39,081 nucleotides of DNA from Polyangiaceae bacterium (GTDB taxonomy: Bacteria; Myxococcota_A; Polyangia; Polyangiales; Polyangiaceae). Below are positions 18,678 through 27,320 of this stretch, piece by piece. The DNA lies in NCBI GenBank assembly GCA_035762175.1, contig DASTPP010000105.1, positions 1 to 39,081 of the forward strand, in the 5' to 3' direction. Position numbers and translations under genes: made by a program. The notes beneath the pieces were generated by a model. The model did no database searches, was not told the origin of the DNA, and saw only the letters and a list, made by a program, of their open reading frames with translations. How positions within the stretch are numbered: the stretch's first letter is position 1; every line of letters begins with the position of its first letter.

Positions 18678-20219
18678 TCAGCCCGGGCTGCGCAGCTCGA
18701 CCGGCGGCACGAGCGCCTCGGCGCCGAAGAGCGAGAGTTGCATCCAGGGCTCGGCGACGCCGCCGGTCAGGCGCGTCAGCATGCGTTGGGCGTGGCGGTT
18801 CAGGCGCATCAGCTCGCGCGCGCGGGCGGTGGTGACGAGGGGGGGCTCGACCCGCCACTCCCAGAGGGTCGAGCGGTCGGGGCCGATGACGGGCCGCAGC
18901 CACTCGTGCCACTCGAAGGCGGCCGCCTCGCTCATGGCCGCGCGCACGAGGTCGACGAAGGCGGGGGTGATGCTCGCGGGGGCGGCGATGGCGCGCGCCA
19001 GGGGGGGCGCGGCGACGAACGGGCCGCCGCGCAGCCACTCGGCGCAGGCCTCGGCGAGCACCGAGCGCACGACGCGGTCGAGCGGCGAGCGCTCGGTGAG
19101 CGGGGGCAGGGGGCGGGGGGCGGGGGTCTTCGCGCGGGCGAGCAGCGGCTCGGCGGCGAAGGCGTCGCAGCGCACGTCGGCGTGCACGTGGTACTGCAGG
19201 GCGGCGACGACGCGCTGGGCGACCGAGACGGGGGTGCCCGGGGGCAGCTCGACGCCGAGGCCCTCGGGGCCCACCTCGAAGAGCACGGGCTTGGCGACGC
19301 CGAGGTCGACCGCGCGCACGTGGTAGGTCGAGCCCTCGACGTGCTCGGGCAGGCCCCAGAGCCGGAAGGGCTCGCCGCCGCCGAACAGGCGCCCGATCGC
19401 GCGGGCGGGGTCGCCCCCGGGCCAGGGCACCGGCACCCAGATGCGCACCGGGCCGAGCGACGACGACTCGAGCGCCGCGGCCGTCGCGGCGTGGTCGGAC
19501 AGGACCACGCGCAGGACGCGCTCGAGCTGCTCGAACGAGTTGCCCGACGAGGTGAACTTGCCGTTGTGGAAGACCTCGGTCAGCGCGAACGCCTCGGGCG
19601 GGCCGACGCGCACGCGCACCGAGTAGACGCTGGTGGCGCCCGGCAGCACCTCGCTCTTGCGGAGGCGGTCGAGCGTCTCGGCGGCCGAGGGCGCCCAGAA
19701 GCGCAGCGTCACCAGGTCGACCTCGTCGCCCTTGCTCTCGTCGTCGCCGCCGCGCAGCTCGCGCCGGTCGTGGCGCAGCGAGAAGAGCACCATCTTGCCC
19801 TCGACCCGCCCGGCGAGCGCCTCGAGCGTCGCGGGCAGGAGGTACGTCGGCTCGAGCAGCGGCGTCGCGTGCGCCAGCGCCTCGTGCAGCCGGTCGGCCT
19901 CTTTGACGTTGGCCGTCGTGTGCAGCCGGAAGTACGCCCGGTCGCTCGTGTCGAGCCACGCCGTCAGGTCGCCCTGCGCGATCGTGAGCAGCTCGGGGTC
20001 GCGGCAGGGGCGCGCCTCGAAGCCCACCTTCGCGCCGACCTCGGCGAGCGCCGCCAGCGGCTGCCGCGCCATCTCGCCCTGGGCTTGCAGCACGTACGTC
20101 TTGAGCGCCGTGCGCCCCTCGTCGGCCTCGTCGGGGCCGACCGGCGGCCGCACGGCCGCCGACACCATCTGTCGCTCGAGCAGGGTCGCCAGTTCGCTTC
20201 GAGAGTGAATTACGGCCAT
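18678..20219 (-). CDS. Hypothetical protein, 513 aa, no recognisable domain
   Basis: Long ORF with consistent high-GC3 codon usage and balanced amino-acid composition ('MAVIHSRSELATLLERQMVSAAV...FHNGKFTSSGNSFEQLERV...'). It lies directly downstream of, and on the same strand as, the TehB-like methyltransferase. Confidence 0.6.
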   Translation of the reverse strand: MAVIHSRSELATLLERQMVSAAVRPPVGPDEADEGRTALKTYVLQAQGEMARQPLAALAEVGAKVGFEARPCRDPELLTIAQGDLTAWLDTSDRAYFRLHTTANVKEADRLHEALAHATPLLEPTYLLPATLEALAGRVEGKMVLFSLRHDRRELRGGDDESKGDEVDLVTLRFWAPSAAETLDRLRKSEVLPGATSVYSVRVRVGPPEAFALTEVFHNGKFTSSGNSFEQLERVLRVVLSDHAATAAALESSSLGPVRIWVPVPWPGGDPARAIGRLFGGGEPFRLWGLPEHVEGSTYHVRAVDLGVAKPVLFEVGPEGLGVELPPGTPVSVAQRVVAALQYHVHADVRCDAFAAEPLLARAKTPAPRPLPPLTERSPLDRVVRSVLAEACAEWLRGGPFVAAPPLARAIAAPASITPAFVDLVRAAMSEAAAFEWHEWLRPVIGPDRSTLWEWRVEPPLVTTARARELMRLNRHAQRMLTRLTGGVAEPWMQLSLFGAEALVPPVELRSPG

Positions 20220-20517
20220 CGCGCGACCACCCTAGCGCGGGCGCGGCGCCGGGCCCAACTATCCGATCGCGCGCCCCGGGCCCCGCCGCTCGCCGCGCCG
20301 CCGCCGGCCCCTCGCGCCCCGCCGCTCGCCGCCGCGCCCGCCGGCCCCGCGCGCGCCGGCCACGCCCGGCCCCCCTCGGCTCGCAGCGCTGGCGCGGAGG
20401 GGGCCTCGGCCCGCAGCGCCGGCGCCGTGGCCGCCCCGGGCCCGGCGCCCGCGCCGCCCGCCCTCGCGGGGGGCGCGGCCGGCCCCGCCCCGCGCCGCCG
20501 CGGCCCGCCCGCCGCCC

Positions 20518-21600
20518 TCAGGGGGTGCGGCGGAAGACGAACCAGCGCAGCTCGACCGGCGGGTCGGCGTTGTCGGGCATCGTCATGATGTCGCGCCCGG
20601 TCGCCCAGTTGATGTACCAGCCGGTGGGCGGCCAGTCGGCGGCGGGGACGAACTTCTTTTCGTACTCCATCACCGACTCGTCGGACACGAGCTCGAAGGG
20701 CAGCCCGCGGATGGCGGCGGCGAAGTCTTGCCGGGTGAAGGTCGAGGACCACACCGCCTCGGAGTATTCGCGCACGATCTGCTCGAGCTCGTAGTCTTCG
20801 TCGCTGACGAAGGTGTTGCAGACGACGCAGCCGCCCGGCGCCATCGCGGCCCCGAGCCGCTCGAAGAGCGAGCGCAGCTGCGCCACCGACCGGAAGTGCG
20901 TGAGCACCTCGGAGATGACGACGACCTTGTAGTAGTTCTGCTTCTCGGACAGGTCGGCCGTGTGCACGTCGGCGTTGATGATGTTGACCTTGAGCTTATC
21001 TTTCTCGGCCGCCTCGCGGATGATGTCGGTGAACGAGGCCGTCATCTCGAGCGCGTCGACGGGGTGGCCGATGCGCGCGAGCGGCAGCGAGTTGCGCCCC
21101 GTGCCCGCGCCGATGTCGAGCACCGGCACCTCGGACGGGTCGCCCAGCTCGGCCGCCACGTGCAAGAGCTTCTGGTCGGGGTGCTTGCCGAAGAGCGGCG
21201 GCTTCTTGTTGGCGACCCAGAGGTCGTACTGCTCGCTGAGCGAGGGCACCACGTACCGGATGTGGTACTGGATGCCGCGCTTGGGCGGCGGCTGCGTCTC
21301 CCAGCGCACGCGCAGCTCGGCGATGGCCGAGGCGCGAAAGCCCTCGTCGAGCTGCTCGCGCAAGAGGCCCCGCAGGTGGTCGAGCTCCGGCTCGGTGAAG
21401 GGCTTGCCGAACGCGGTGAAGATGGCCTTGAAGCCGTCCATGTAGTGGTCGATGAGCGAGGGCGCGCAGGGCATCGCCATCTCGCCCTTGCCGCGGATGC
21501 GGCGGTCGACCTTCTGGTAGATGCCCTCGCGGATGCGCGTCGTGTTCGCCTCGCGCGCTCGCTGCTTGGGGCCGGTGATGACGGGCTTTTTCTTTTTCAT
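20518..21600 (-). CDS. Class I SAM-dependent methyltransferase, TehB-like fold, with ~120-aa Lys-rich N-terminal extension
   Basis: ATG at 21600 gives 'MKKKKPVITGPKQRAREANTTRIREG...'. The SAM-binding motif I 'VLDIGAGTGRNSLPLA' resembles TehB 'LDLGCGNGRNSLYLA'. The C-terminal region has no known counterpart. Confidence 0.75.
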   Translation of the reverse strand: MKKKKPVITGPKQRAREANTTRIREGIYQKVDRRIRGKGEMAMPCAPSLIDHYMDGFKAIFTAFGKPFTEPELDHLRGLLREQLDEGFRASAIAELRVRWETQPPPKRGIQYHIRYVVPSLSEQYDLWVANKKPPLFGKHPDQKLLHVAAELGDPSEVPVLDIGAGTGRNSLPLARIGHPVDALEMTASFTDIIREAAEKDKLKVNIINADVHTADLSEKQNYYKVVVISEVLTHFRSVAQLRSLFERLGAAMAPGGCVVCNTFVSDEDYELEQIVREYSEAVWSSTFTRQDFAAAIRGLPFELVSDESVMEYEKKFVPAADWPPTGWYINWATGRDIMTMPDNADPPVELRWFVFRRTP

Positions 21601-21784
21601 GGCGGCGGGGGCACTCTTAGGCCGGAGCGGGCGAAGGGTCCAGCGTGGCCCGGGGCGGGCCGTCGGGCTAGCGCCTCGGCGCGCGCCGGGCGGGGGCCCC
21701 GCGACCCGCTGGCGGCCCCGGCGGGGGCGGCGGCGGGGGGGGGCGCCCGGGGGCGGCGGGGGCCTCTGGGGGCCGGCCAAGGGG

Positions 21785-21822
21785 GCTGACATTGAACTAC
21801 TGAACGGATTGACAGTATAAGG
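21785..21822 (+). promoter_or_regulatory. AT-rich sigma70-like promoter (TTGAAC-N18-TATAAG) upstream of the DGQHR gene
   Basis: 'cTGACAttgaactactgaacggaTTGACAgTATAAGg' contains TTGAAC (21792-21797) and TATAAG (21816-21821), with additional TTGACA/CTGACA hexamers. This is an isolated AT-rich island in a 72% GC background, 60 bp upstream of the ATG at 21884. An RBS-like 'gagg' sits 8 nt before the start. Confidence 0.5.
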
Positions 21823-21883
21823 CCTGCGTGCTTGGTTAGGGCCCTGGGGCGGCCCGAGGGGCCCGGCCCCTCACGAGGCCGCC

Positions 21884-23041
21884 ATGCTCGCCACGCAGAT
21901 CCGCCAAAAAGACGGGGTGTTTTATTTCGTCGCCTACCCGGCCGAAGACCTCTTGCGTCGGGTGCGGTTCATCAGCCGCTTCTACGGCGACGAGGGCGCG
22001 CGCATCGACGCCGAAGAGGTCGACGCGGCCGACGAGGTGGGGCGCTTCATCGCCCGCATCGAGCGCAGCGACCGGTCGTTCCAGCGGGCTTTGTCGAAGC
22101 GCAAGGTGGCGGCGATCGAGAACTTCTACGAGACGGCGATGAGCCAGCCGCCGATTCCGGGCACGGTGCTGCTCTTCACGCCCGAGGCGCTGCGCTTCGA
22201 CCCGGTGGGGGCGTTCGACAACGTGGGCGACCTGCAAGAGCCGAACGAGAAGTACCTCATCATCGACGGCCAGCACCGGCTGGCGGCGCTGCACTTCTAC
22301 GCGCAGCGCCACCCGCACGAGGCGCGCACGCTGCACGTGCCCTGCGTCGTGTTCGACGGCCGCAGCGAAGACTTCGCGGTCGAGATGTTCGTCACCATCA
22401 ACTCGACGCCGACGCGCATCAACAAGAGCCACCTCGTCGACCTGTACGAGCGGGTCTCGTGGGCGGCGCCCGACCGGCGCCTGGCGGCGAAGGTGGCCGA
22501 GATGCTCTACGAGCGGGCCGACAGCCCGCTGCGCTACAAGATCAACCGCCTCGGCGGGCGCAGCCGGCAGGCCAAGTGGGTGCTGCAGGCCGAGCTCTTC
22601 AACGAGCTCTTGCGCTGGGTGCAGGCCGAGGGGGCGCCGGGCGGCCGCTCGCCGGCCGCGGCGGCCGAGTCGTTCTATGGCCCCATCCGCGACTTCTTCC
22701 GGGCGGCCGAGAAGGTCTGGGGCGAGGCCTGGGGCAACCCCGCGTTCATGGTGACCAAGCCCGTCACCATCAAGGCGATGCTGCGGGTGTGCGCGGCGCT
22801 CGCGAAGCAAGACGCCGAGCCCGACGAGGGGCGGCAGAGGCGGTGGCAAGAGCGGCTCGAGCCGTGGTCGCAGCTCGCGCGCGACTTCCGGTCCGAGGGG
22901 TTTTATGAGCGCTTCGCCGCGCGCGGCCAGGTCGAGCGCGTGGGCCGCGTGGCGCGCGAGCTCGCCCGCCGCGTCGACGTGACGCTGAACTCGCCGCGCC
23001 GCCCGGGCGGCTCGTCGGCGATGGCCGAAGCGGCCGAGTAA
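21884..23041 (+). CDS. DGQHR-domain protein (DndB-like, ParB/Srx nuclease-fold family)
   Basis: Signature 'KYLIIDGQHRLAALHF' (DGQHR motif) plus downstream 'FAVEMFVTINSTPTRINKSHLVDLYERV' (FxxIN...Q/H..L block), as in DndB and DpdB family proteins. 385 aa. Confidence 0.8.
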   Translation: MLATQIRQKDGVFYFVAYPAEDLLRRVRFISRFYGDEGARIDAEEVDAADEVGRFIARIERSDRSFQRALSKRKVAAIENFYETAMSQPPIPGTVLLFTPEALRFDPVGAFDNVGDLQEPNEKYLIIDGQHRLAALHFYAQRHPHEARTLHVPCVVFDGRSEDFAVEMFVTINSTPTRINKSHLVDLYERVSWAAPDRRLAAKVAEMLYERADSPLRYKINRLGGRSRQAKWVLQAELFNELLRWVQAEGAPGGRSPAAAAESFYGPIRDFFRAAEKVWGEAWGNPAFMVTKPVTIKAMLRVCAALAKQDAEPDEGRQRRWQERLEPWSQLARDFRSEGFYERFAARGQVERVGRVARELARRVDVTLNSPRRPGGSSAMAEAAE

Positions 23042-23062
23042 GGGCCGCGGGGCGACCAGGGG

Positions 23063-23244
23063 GTGAGGCGGGCGAGGCGGGCGAGCGGGGCGAGGGGGGC
23101 GAGGCGGGCGAGGGGGGCGACGCCGCGGCGGACGGTCCGGCCGAGCGGGTGCTCCCGCCGGGCCGTCCCCTGCGCGCGTCACGTCCGTCCCGGGCCCCGA
23201 TGGCCGGGTAGCGCGAAGAGGGCCGTCCCCTGCGCGCGTCACGT
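23063..23244. repeat. Intergenic repeats: about 7 copies of a 9-bp 'ggcgaggcg/ggg' unit, then a 25-bp direct repeat x2
   Basis: 'gggccgtcccctgcgcgcgtcacgt' occurs at about 23160-23184 and 23220-23244, 60 bp apart, upstream of the SGL lipoprotein gene. It is preceded by '(ggcgaggcg)n' at 23063-23128. Confidence 0.6.
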
Positions 23245-23322
23245 TCGAGCGGCCGGGCGGGCGACGCCCCCCGGGTGGCGCGCCGGGGCGCCGTCGCGCG
23301 CGCCGTGGTAGCGTGCGGGTCG

Positions 23323-24612
23323 ATGGCGGCTGGCTTGCGGTTTCGGGCCCTCGGGGCCCTCGTGATGGGCTGGGCCGCGGGGTGCGGCGGCGCCGAGGCG
23401 CCGCGGCCCGCGCGCTCGACGCCGGCGCCCGCGGGGTCGCCGGTGGCCGCGGCGGGGCAACCGAAGGCCGACCCTTGGCTCGCGACGTTCCGAGAGCGGG
23501 CGCGGCGCGACCCGAACGACGGGGCGGTTCTTTACAACGTGGCGGCGCTCGCCGACCAGGCCGGGGCGGCCGACGAGGCGCTCGGGTGGCTGCGGCGACT
23601 CGACGCCATCGGGTGGTCCATTCCGCCCGACGAGCGCGACTTTGCGACCCTGCGGGCCCGGCCCGAGTACCGAACGCTCGCCGCCTCGTTCGCCGCGCGC
23701 GCGCCCCGCGTGCAGAGCGGCCGCGTCGCCTTCACCGTGCCGGAGCCCGACCTCATCCCCGAGGGCATCGCGTACGACGAGCGGGGCGGGGCGTTCTTTC
23801 TGAGCAGCATCGCCAAGCGGAAGATCGTGCGGGTCGACGCGCGGGGGCGGGCGTCCGACTTCGTGCCCTCGGGCCGGGGGGGGCTCGGCGCCACGCTCGG
23901 CATGTACGTCGACCCGGGGCGGCGCCTGCTCTGGGCGGTCAGCATGCCGCGGCCGGGCCGGGGGGTCGGGGGCGAGCGGGCGCTCTATGGCTTCGACCTC
24001 GAGACGGGCGAGCAGCGCTACAAGCTCGTGCCGACCCCCGACGTCGAAGGCGACCGGCTGATCAACGACGTCACGGTGGGCCCGCGGGGCGAGCTCTACG
24101 TGACCGACAGCAACGCCGGGGCGCTCTTCGTCGCCGAGGGGCCCGAGGGGCCGCTGCGCCCGCTCTTCGGGCCGGGCACCTTCAACGGGCCGAACGGGCT
24201 CGCCTTCTTCGGGGAGGCGGGCGTGCTGCTGGTGGCGCACTCGGTGGGGGTCGCGGCCGTCGACCCCGCGGCGCGGACGTTCCGCGAGGTGGGCCGGGGG
24301 CCGGCCGAGGCGATCGGGGGCTTCGACGGCATGGCGCTGCGGGGCCGCACCCTGCTGGGCGTGCAGAACGCGCTCGGGGCGCCGCGCGTCGTGCGGGCCG
24401 AGCTCGACGCGCGGGCCTCGGCGGTCGTCTCGTTCCGGGTGCTCGAGGCGTCGAGCCCGGCGCTCGAGCTGCCGACGACGGGGGCGGTGGCGGGCGAGGT
24501 CTTCTACGTCATCGCCAACAGCCAGCTCCGGGCGATGGGCCCCGACGGGCGCCCGCGCGAGGGCGTCACGCTGCGCGACCCGACGGTGCTCGCGCTGCCG
24601 CTGGGCGGCTGA
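23323..24612 (+). CDS. Secreted lipoprotein with SMP-30/gluconolactonase/LRE-like (beta-propeller) region
   Basis: ATG at 23323 gives 'MAAGLRFRALGALVMGWAAGC', a lipobox. The body has beta-propeller-like repeats ('PEGIAYDERGGAFFLSS', 'NDVTVGPRGELYVTDSNAGALFV', 'FNGPNGLAF'). Confidence 0.55.
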   Translation: MAAGLRFRALGALVMGWAAGCGGAEAPRPARSTPAPAGSPVAAAGQPKADPWLATFRERARRDPNDGAVLYNVAALADQAGAADEALGWLRRLDAIGWSIPPDERDFATLRARPEYRTLAASFAARAPRVQSGRVAFTVPEPDLIPEGIAYDERGGAFFLSSIAKRKIVRVDARGRASDFVPSGRGGLGATLGMYVDPGRRLLWAVSMPRPGRGVGGERALYGFDLETGEQRYKLVPTPDVEGDRLINDVTVGPRGELYVTDSNAGALFVAEGPEGPLRPLFGPGTFNGPNGLAFFGEAGVLLVAHSVGVAAVDPAARTFREVGRGPAEAIGGFDGMALRGRTLLGVQNALGAPRVVRAELDARASAVVSFRVLEASSPALELPTTGAVAGEVFYVIANSQLRAMGPDGRPREGVTLRDPTVLALPLGG

Positions 24613-24622
24613 GGGCCGGGGC

Positions 24623-25162
24623 ATGAAGGTCGCACCCTTCGGCCTGCCGCGCGACGAGATCCGGCGCGAGCTCGAGGCGCTGCGCCACCCCTTCTCGGTC
24701 GCGATCGAGCGGGCGAAGAACCCGTTCAACATCGGGGCGATCGTGCGCACGGCGCACTCGTTCCTGGCGAAAGAGATCGTGCTGGTCGGCTCCGAGCCCT
24801 GGTACGAGCGGGCGGCGATGGGGATGCACCGCTACGAGACGCTGGTCGAGCTGCCCGACGCGGCCGCGCTCGTCGCGCGGGCGCGGGCGCAGGGGCAGCG
24901 GCTCGTGGTCTTCGAGCGCGAGGCGGCGCGGGTCGGGCTCTGGGAGGCCGAGCTGCCGGACGGCGCCGTGCTCGTCTTCGGCAGCGAGGACGCGGGCGTG
25001 TCGGCCGAGCTCGTGGCGGCGGCCGACGAGGTGGTGGCCATTCCGATGTTCGGTATCAACAACTCGTATCCGGTAACGGTGGCGGCGGGCATCGCGATGG
25101 CCGAGTGGGCGCGGCGGCGCTACGGCGGCGGGCGCCTGGTGCCGGCGGCGCCGGGCGGCTGA
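24623..25162 (+). CDS. SpoU/TrmH-family RNA 2'-O-methyltransferase
   Basis: SPOUT motifs 'NPFNIGAIVRTAHSF', 'LVFGSEDAGVS' and 'IPMFGINNSYPVTVAAGIAM'. 179 aa. Confidence 0.8.
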   Translation: MKVAPFGLPRDEIRRELEALRHPFSVAIERAKNPFNIGAIVRTAHSFLAKEIVLVGSEPWYERAAMGMHRYETLVELPDAAALVARARAQGQRLVVFEREAARVGLWEAELPDGAVLVFGSEDAGVSAELVAAADEVVAIPMFGINNSYPVTVAAGIAMAEWARRRYGGGRLVPAAPGG

Positions 25163-25190
25163 CCCGGCGCTCAGTTCGGGCCGAAGGCGG

Positions 25191-25432
25191 CCGGCGGCCC
25201 CGGACTCGACGTCCGGGGCACGGGCTCGCCCGCTCGAACGGAGGGCAAAGCCCGGCCGCCGTTGGGGCCGGGCGCGCTCGCCGCGAGCCGCTTCGCGCGC
25301 TCGCCCGGCAAGCCAAAGCCCGCGGGAGTCCGGCCCCCGCGAGGGCCGGACTTGGCGGGCCGGCACGGTGCCGAAGCCGCGCGGCACGACGTGGGTACGC
25401 CGTGCCCCGGACGTCGAGTCCGGGGCCGCCGG
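25191..25432. mobile_element. MITE-like element: 33-bp perfect terminal inverted repeats flanking a 176-bp core, bracketed by 24-bp direct repeats
   Basis: Left TIR 'ccggcggccccggactcgacgtccggggcacgg' (25191-25223) is the exact reverse complement of 25400-25432. Immediately outside are direct repeats 'gcgctcagttCgggccgaaggcgg' (25167-25190) and 'gcgctcagttGgggccgaaggcgg' (25433-25456). The right-hand copy encodes the last codons and stop of the 589-aa gene, so the left-hand copy is a displaced duplicate of that gene terminus, as a target-site duplication would be. Confidence 0.55.
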
Positions 25433-25436
25433 GCGC

Positions 25437-27206
25437 TCAGTTGGGGCCGAAGGCGGGGGGCGAGGCGGCGGCGGACTCTTCGCCGACGGCGTCGAGCAGC
25501 TCGCAGGCGAGGGCGCCGACCTCGACGTCTTCGTCTTCTTCGGCGACGCGCTCGATGAGCTCGAGGGCGCCCGGCCAGCTCGCGCCGCTCAGCGACATCA
25601 GGGCGATCTTTCGCAGCTCGGGCTCGGGGTGGGCGAGGGCGCGCTCGAAGGCGTCGCGCCACTCGGCGCCGGGCTCGGGGGGGCTGCTGGCGCCGAGGGC
25701 GGCGATGGCGAAGGCGGTCTCGGCGTAGGTGCCCGCGTCGGCGAGCATGGCGAGCAGGGTGCGGGGGCCGAGCAGCGGCAGCGCGGGGCGCAAGGCGTTG
25801 GCGAAGGCGGCGGGGTCGGGGCCCTCGAAGCGCAGGAGGGCGACGCCGAGGACGGGGTCTTCTTGGTAGCGGATGAAGTGCGTGTTGGCCTCGTCGCTGA
25901 AGGCGAGCTCGTAGCGCTTGTCGCCCTCGGCGTCGCCGGAGGCGGAGAGCCAGAGCCAGCGCCGCTCGCGGGCGACGGCCTTGACCTCTTCGCGCGTGAC
26001 GTCGGAGGCGAGGGCGACCGAGAGCGGGCCGCGCGCGGGCGCCTCGAAGGGCGGGGCGGGGTCGTCTTCGCCGGCGAGGCGGCGGCGCAGGAAGGGGTCG
26101 CCCTCGGCGCGGGTGCGGTGCGGCTCGAGCGGCTCGCCGCGCCAGCGGGCGACGGCGACGGCGAGGCGGCGCACGCGCGCGTCGGGGTGGGCGAGGGCCT
26201 GGGCGAGCGCGCCGGCGAGCGGGGGGCCGCCGAGGGTGCCGAGCACGTAGAGCGGGAAGGCGACGTGCAGCGGGTGCGGCGGCGGCTCGCCGGGCTCGTT
26301 CAAGAGCTCGGCGAGCACCTGGGCGGCCGAGGCGGGGCCGAAGGGGGCGAGGGCGGCGACGACGTCGAGGGGCAGGTCGTCGGGGTAGTCGGCGCCGACG
26401 ACTTCGTTCCACCGGCGGAGGGCGGCGGCGGCGGCGCGCACGGGCCGGTAGCGGACCTCGACGACGAGGTGGTCGCCGTGGGCCTCGGCGCGCAGGACCG
26501 ACTTCGACAGGCGCGTGCGCACCGAGACGACGGGCAGCTCGCCGGGCATCTGGGCCATCGCCTCTTGGCGGCGCAAGAGGTAGGCGAGCGCGCCCTCGGG
26601 CCGCGCCATGGACTCGGCGAAGGGCTCGTCGAGGTAGGGGTCGCCCGGGCTCGAGGTGCCCCAGGAGAGGCCGTCGCAGAAGGGGTCGGTCGCGAAGTGC
26701 CGCTCGAAGTGCGCGAGCCCGGCGCCGTCGTCGCGGCCGGCGAAGAGGCGCAGCCGCCCCGGCAGCCCGGCCTCGGGCTCGGCCCGGGGCACCAGGTGCT
26801 CGTCGAGCGAGCGGCGGACGCGCTCGGCCGTCGCGCCGGCGTCGACCCAGAGCAGCGGCGAGAGCGTGTCGGAGAGCGCGAGCCAGAGCCGGTCGGGCGC
26901 GTCGGTGTTGACGAGCCAGAGCGGCGTCGCCGAAGGCGGCCGGAGCGGCCCGCGCTCGCTGCCGCCGACCCAGCGCCCGCGGTACGGCACGGGCGGGCCC
27001 TCGGCGACGGGCCAGAAGCAGGCGAGGCGGGCGCGCACGACGGCCTCGACGTCGGGGCGCAGCCCCTCGCCGAGCAGCGGCCCCTTCGGGTCGCGCAGCA
27101 CGTTCAGGCGCGCCTGGGCCTCGGCGGCCGACAGCCAGCGCAGCGATCGGAGCGAGGGGTGCGAGCGCAGGGAGACGAGCCAGAGCGGAGGCGAGAACGA
27201 CAGCAT
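25437..27206 (-). CDS. Hypothetical protein, 589 aa (possible HEAT/ARM-like C-terminus)
   Basis: Long ORF with coherent codon bias and no recognisable catalytic motif: 'MLSFSPPLWLVSLRSHPSLRSL...HFIRYQEDPVLGVALLRFEGPD...'. Its C-terminal 'AFGPN*' is duplicated at the MITE-like element. Confidence 0.55.
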   Translation of the reverse strand: MLSFSPPLWLVSLRSHPSLRSLRWLSAAEAQARLNVLRDPKGPLLGEGLRPDVEAVVRARLACFWPVAEGPPVPYRGRWVGGSERGPLRPPSATPLWLVNTDAPDRLWLALSDTLSPLLWVDAGATAERVRRSLDEHLVPRAEPEAGLPGRLRLFAGRDDGAGLAHFERHFATDPFCDGLSWGTSSPGDPYLDEPFAESMARPEGALAYLLRRQEAMAQMPGELPVVSVRTRLSKSVLRAEAHGDHLVVEVRYRPVRAAAAALRRWNEVVGADYPDDLPLDVVAALAPFGPASAAQVLAELLNEPGEPPPHPLHVAFPLYVLGTLGGPPLAGALAQALAHPDARVRRLAVAVARWRGEPLEPHRTRAEGDPFLRRRLAGEDDPAPPFEAPARGPLSVALASDVTREEVKAVARERRWLWLSASGDAEGDKRYELAFSDEANTHFIRYQEDPVLGVALLRFEGPDPAAFANALRPALPLLGPRTLLAMLADAGTYAETAFAIAALGASSPPEPGAEWRDAFERALAHPEPELRKIALMSLSGASWPGALELIERVAEEDEDVEVGALACELLDAVGEESAAASPPAFGPN

Positions 27207-27261
27207 GAGGGGCCCTCGATCGTGCGCCCTTCGGCGCGCGGCGCAAGGCGAGCGCAGGGGC

Positions 27262-27320
27262 CGCGCGGCCCCTTAAATGTAACGGGAAATACCGTTGTTA
27301 AAAATGTAACGTTGTGGGGT
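27262..27320. promoter_or_regulatory. AT-rich island with GC palindrome and 2x 'AAATGTAACG' direct repeat
   Basis: 'caGGGGCCGCGCGGCCCCttAAATGTAACGggaaataccgttgttaaAAATGTAACGttgtgg'. A 16-bp perfect palindrome is followed by two copies of AAATGTAACG about 27 bp apart, with an inner 'aacgg..ccgtt' dyad. It lies in the 700-bp spacer between the divergent 589-aa gene and the 162-aa/MVP genes. Confidence 0.4.
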
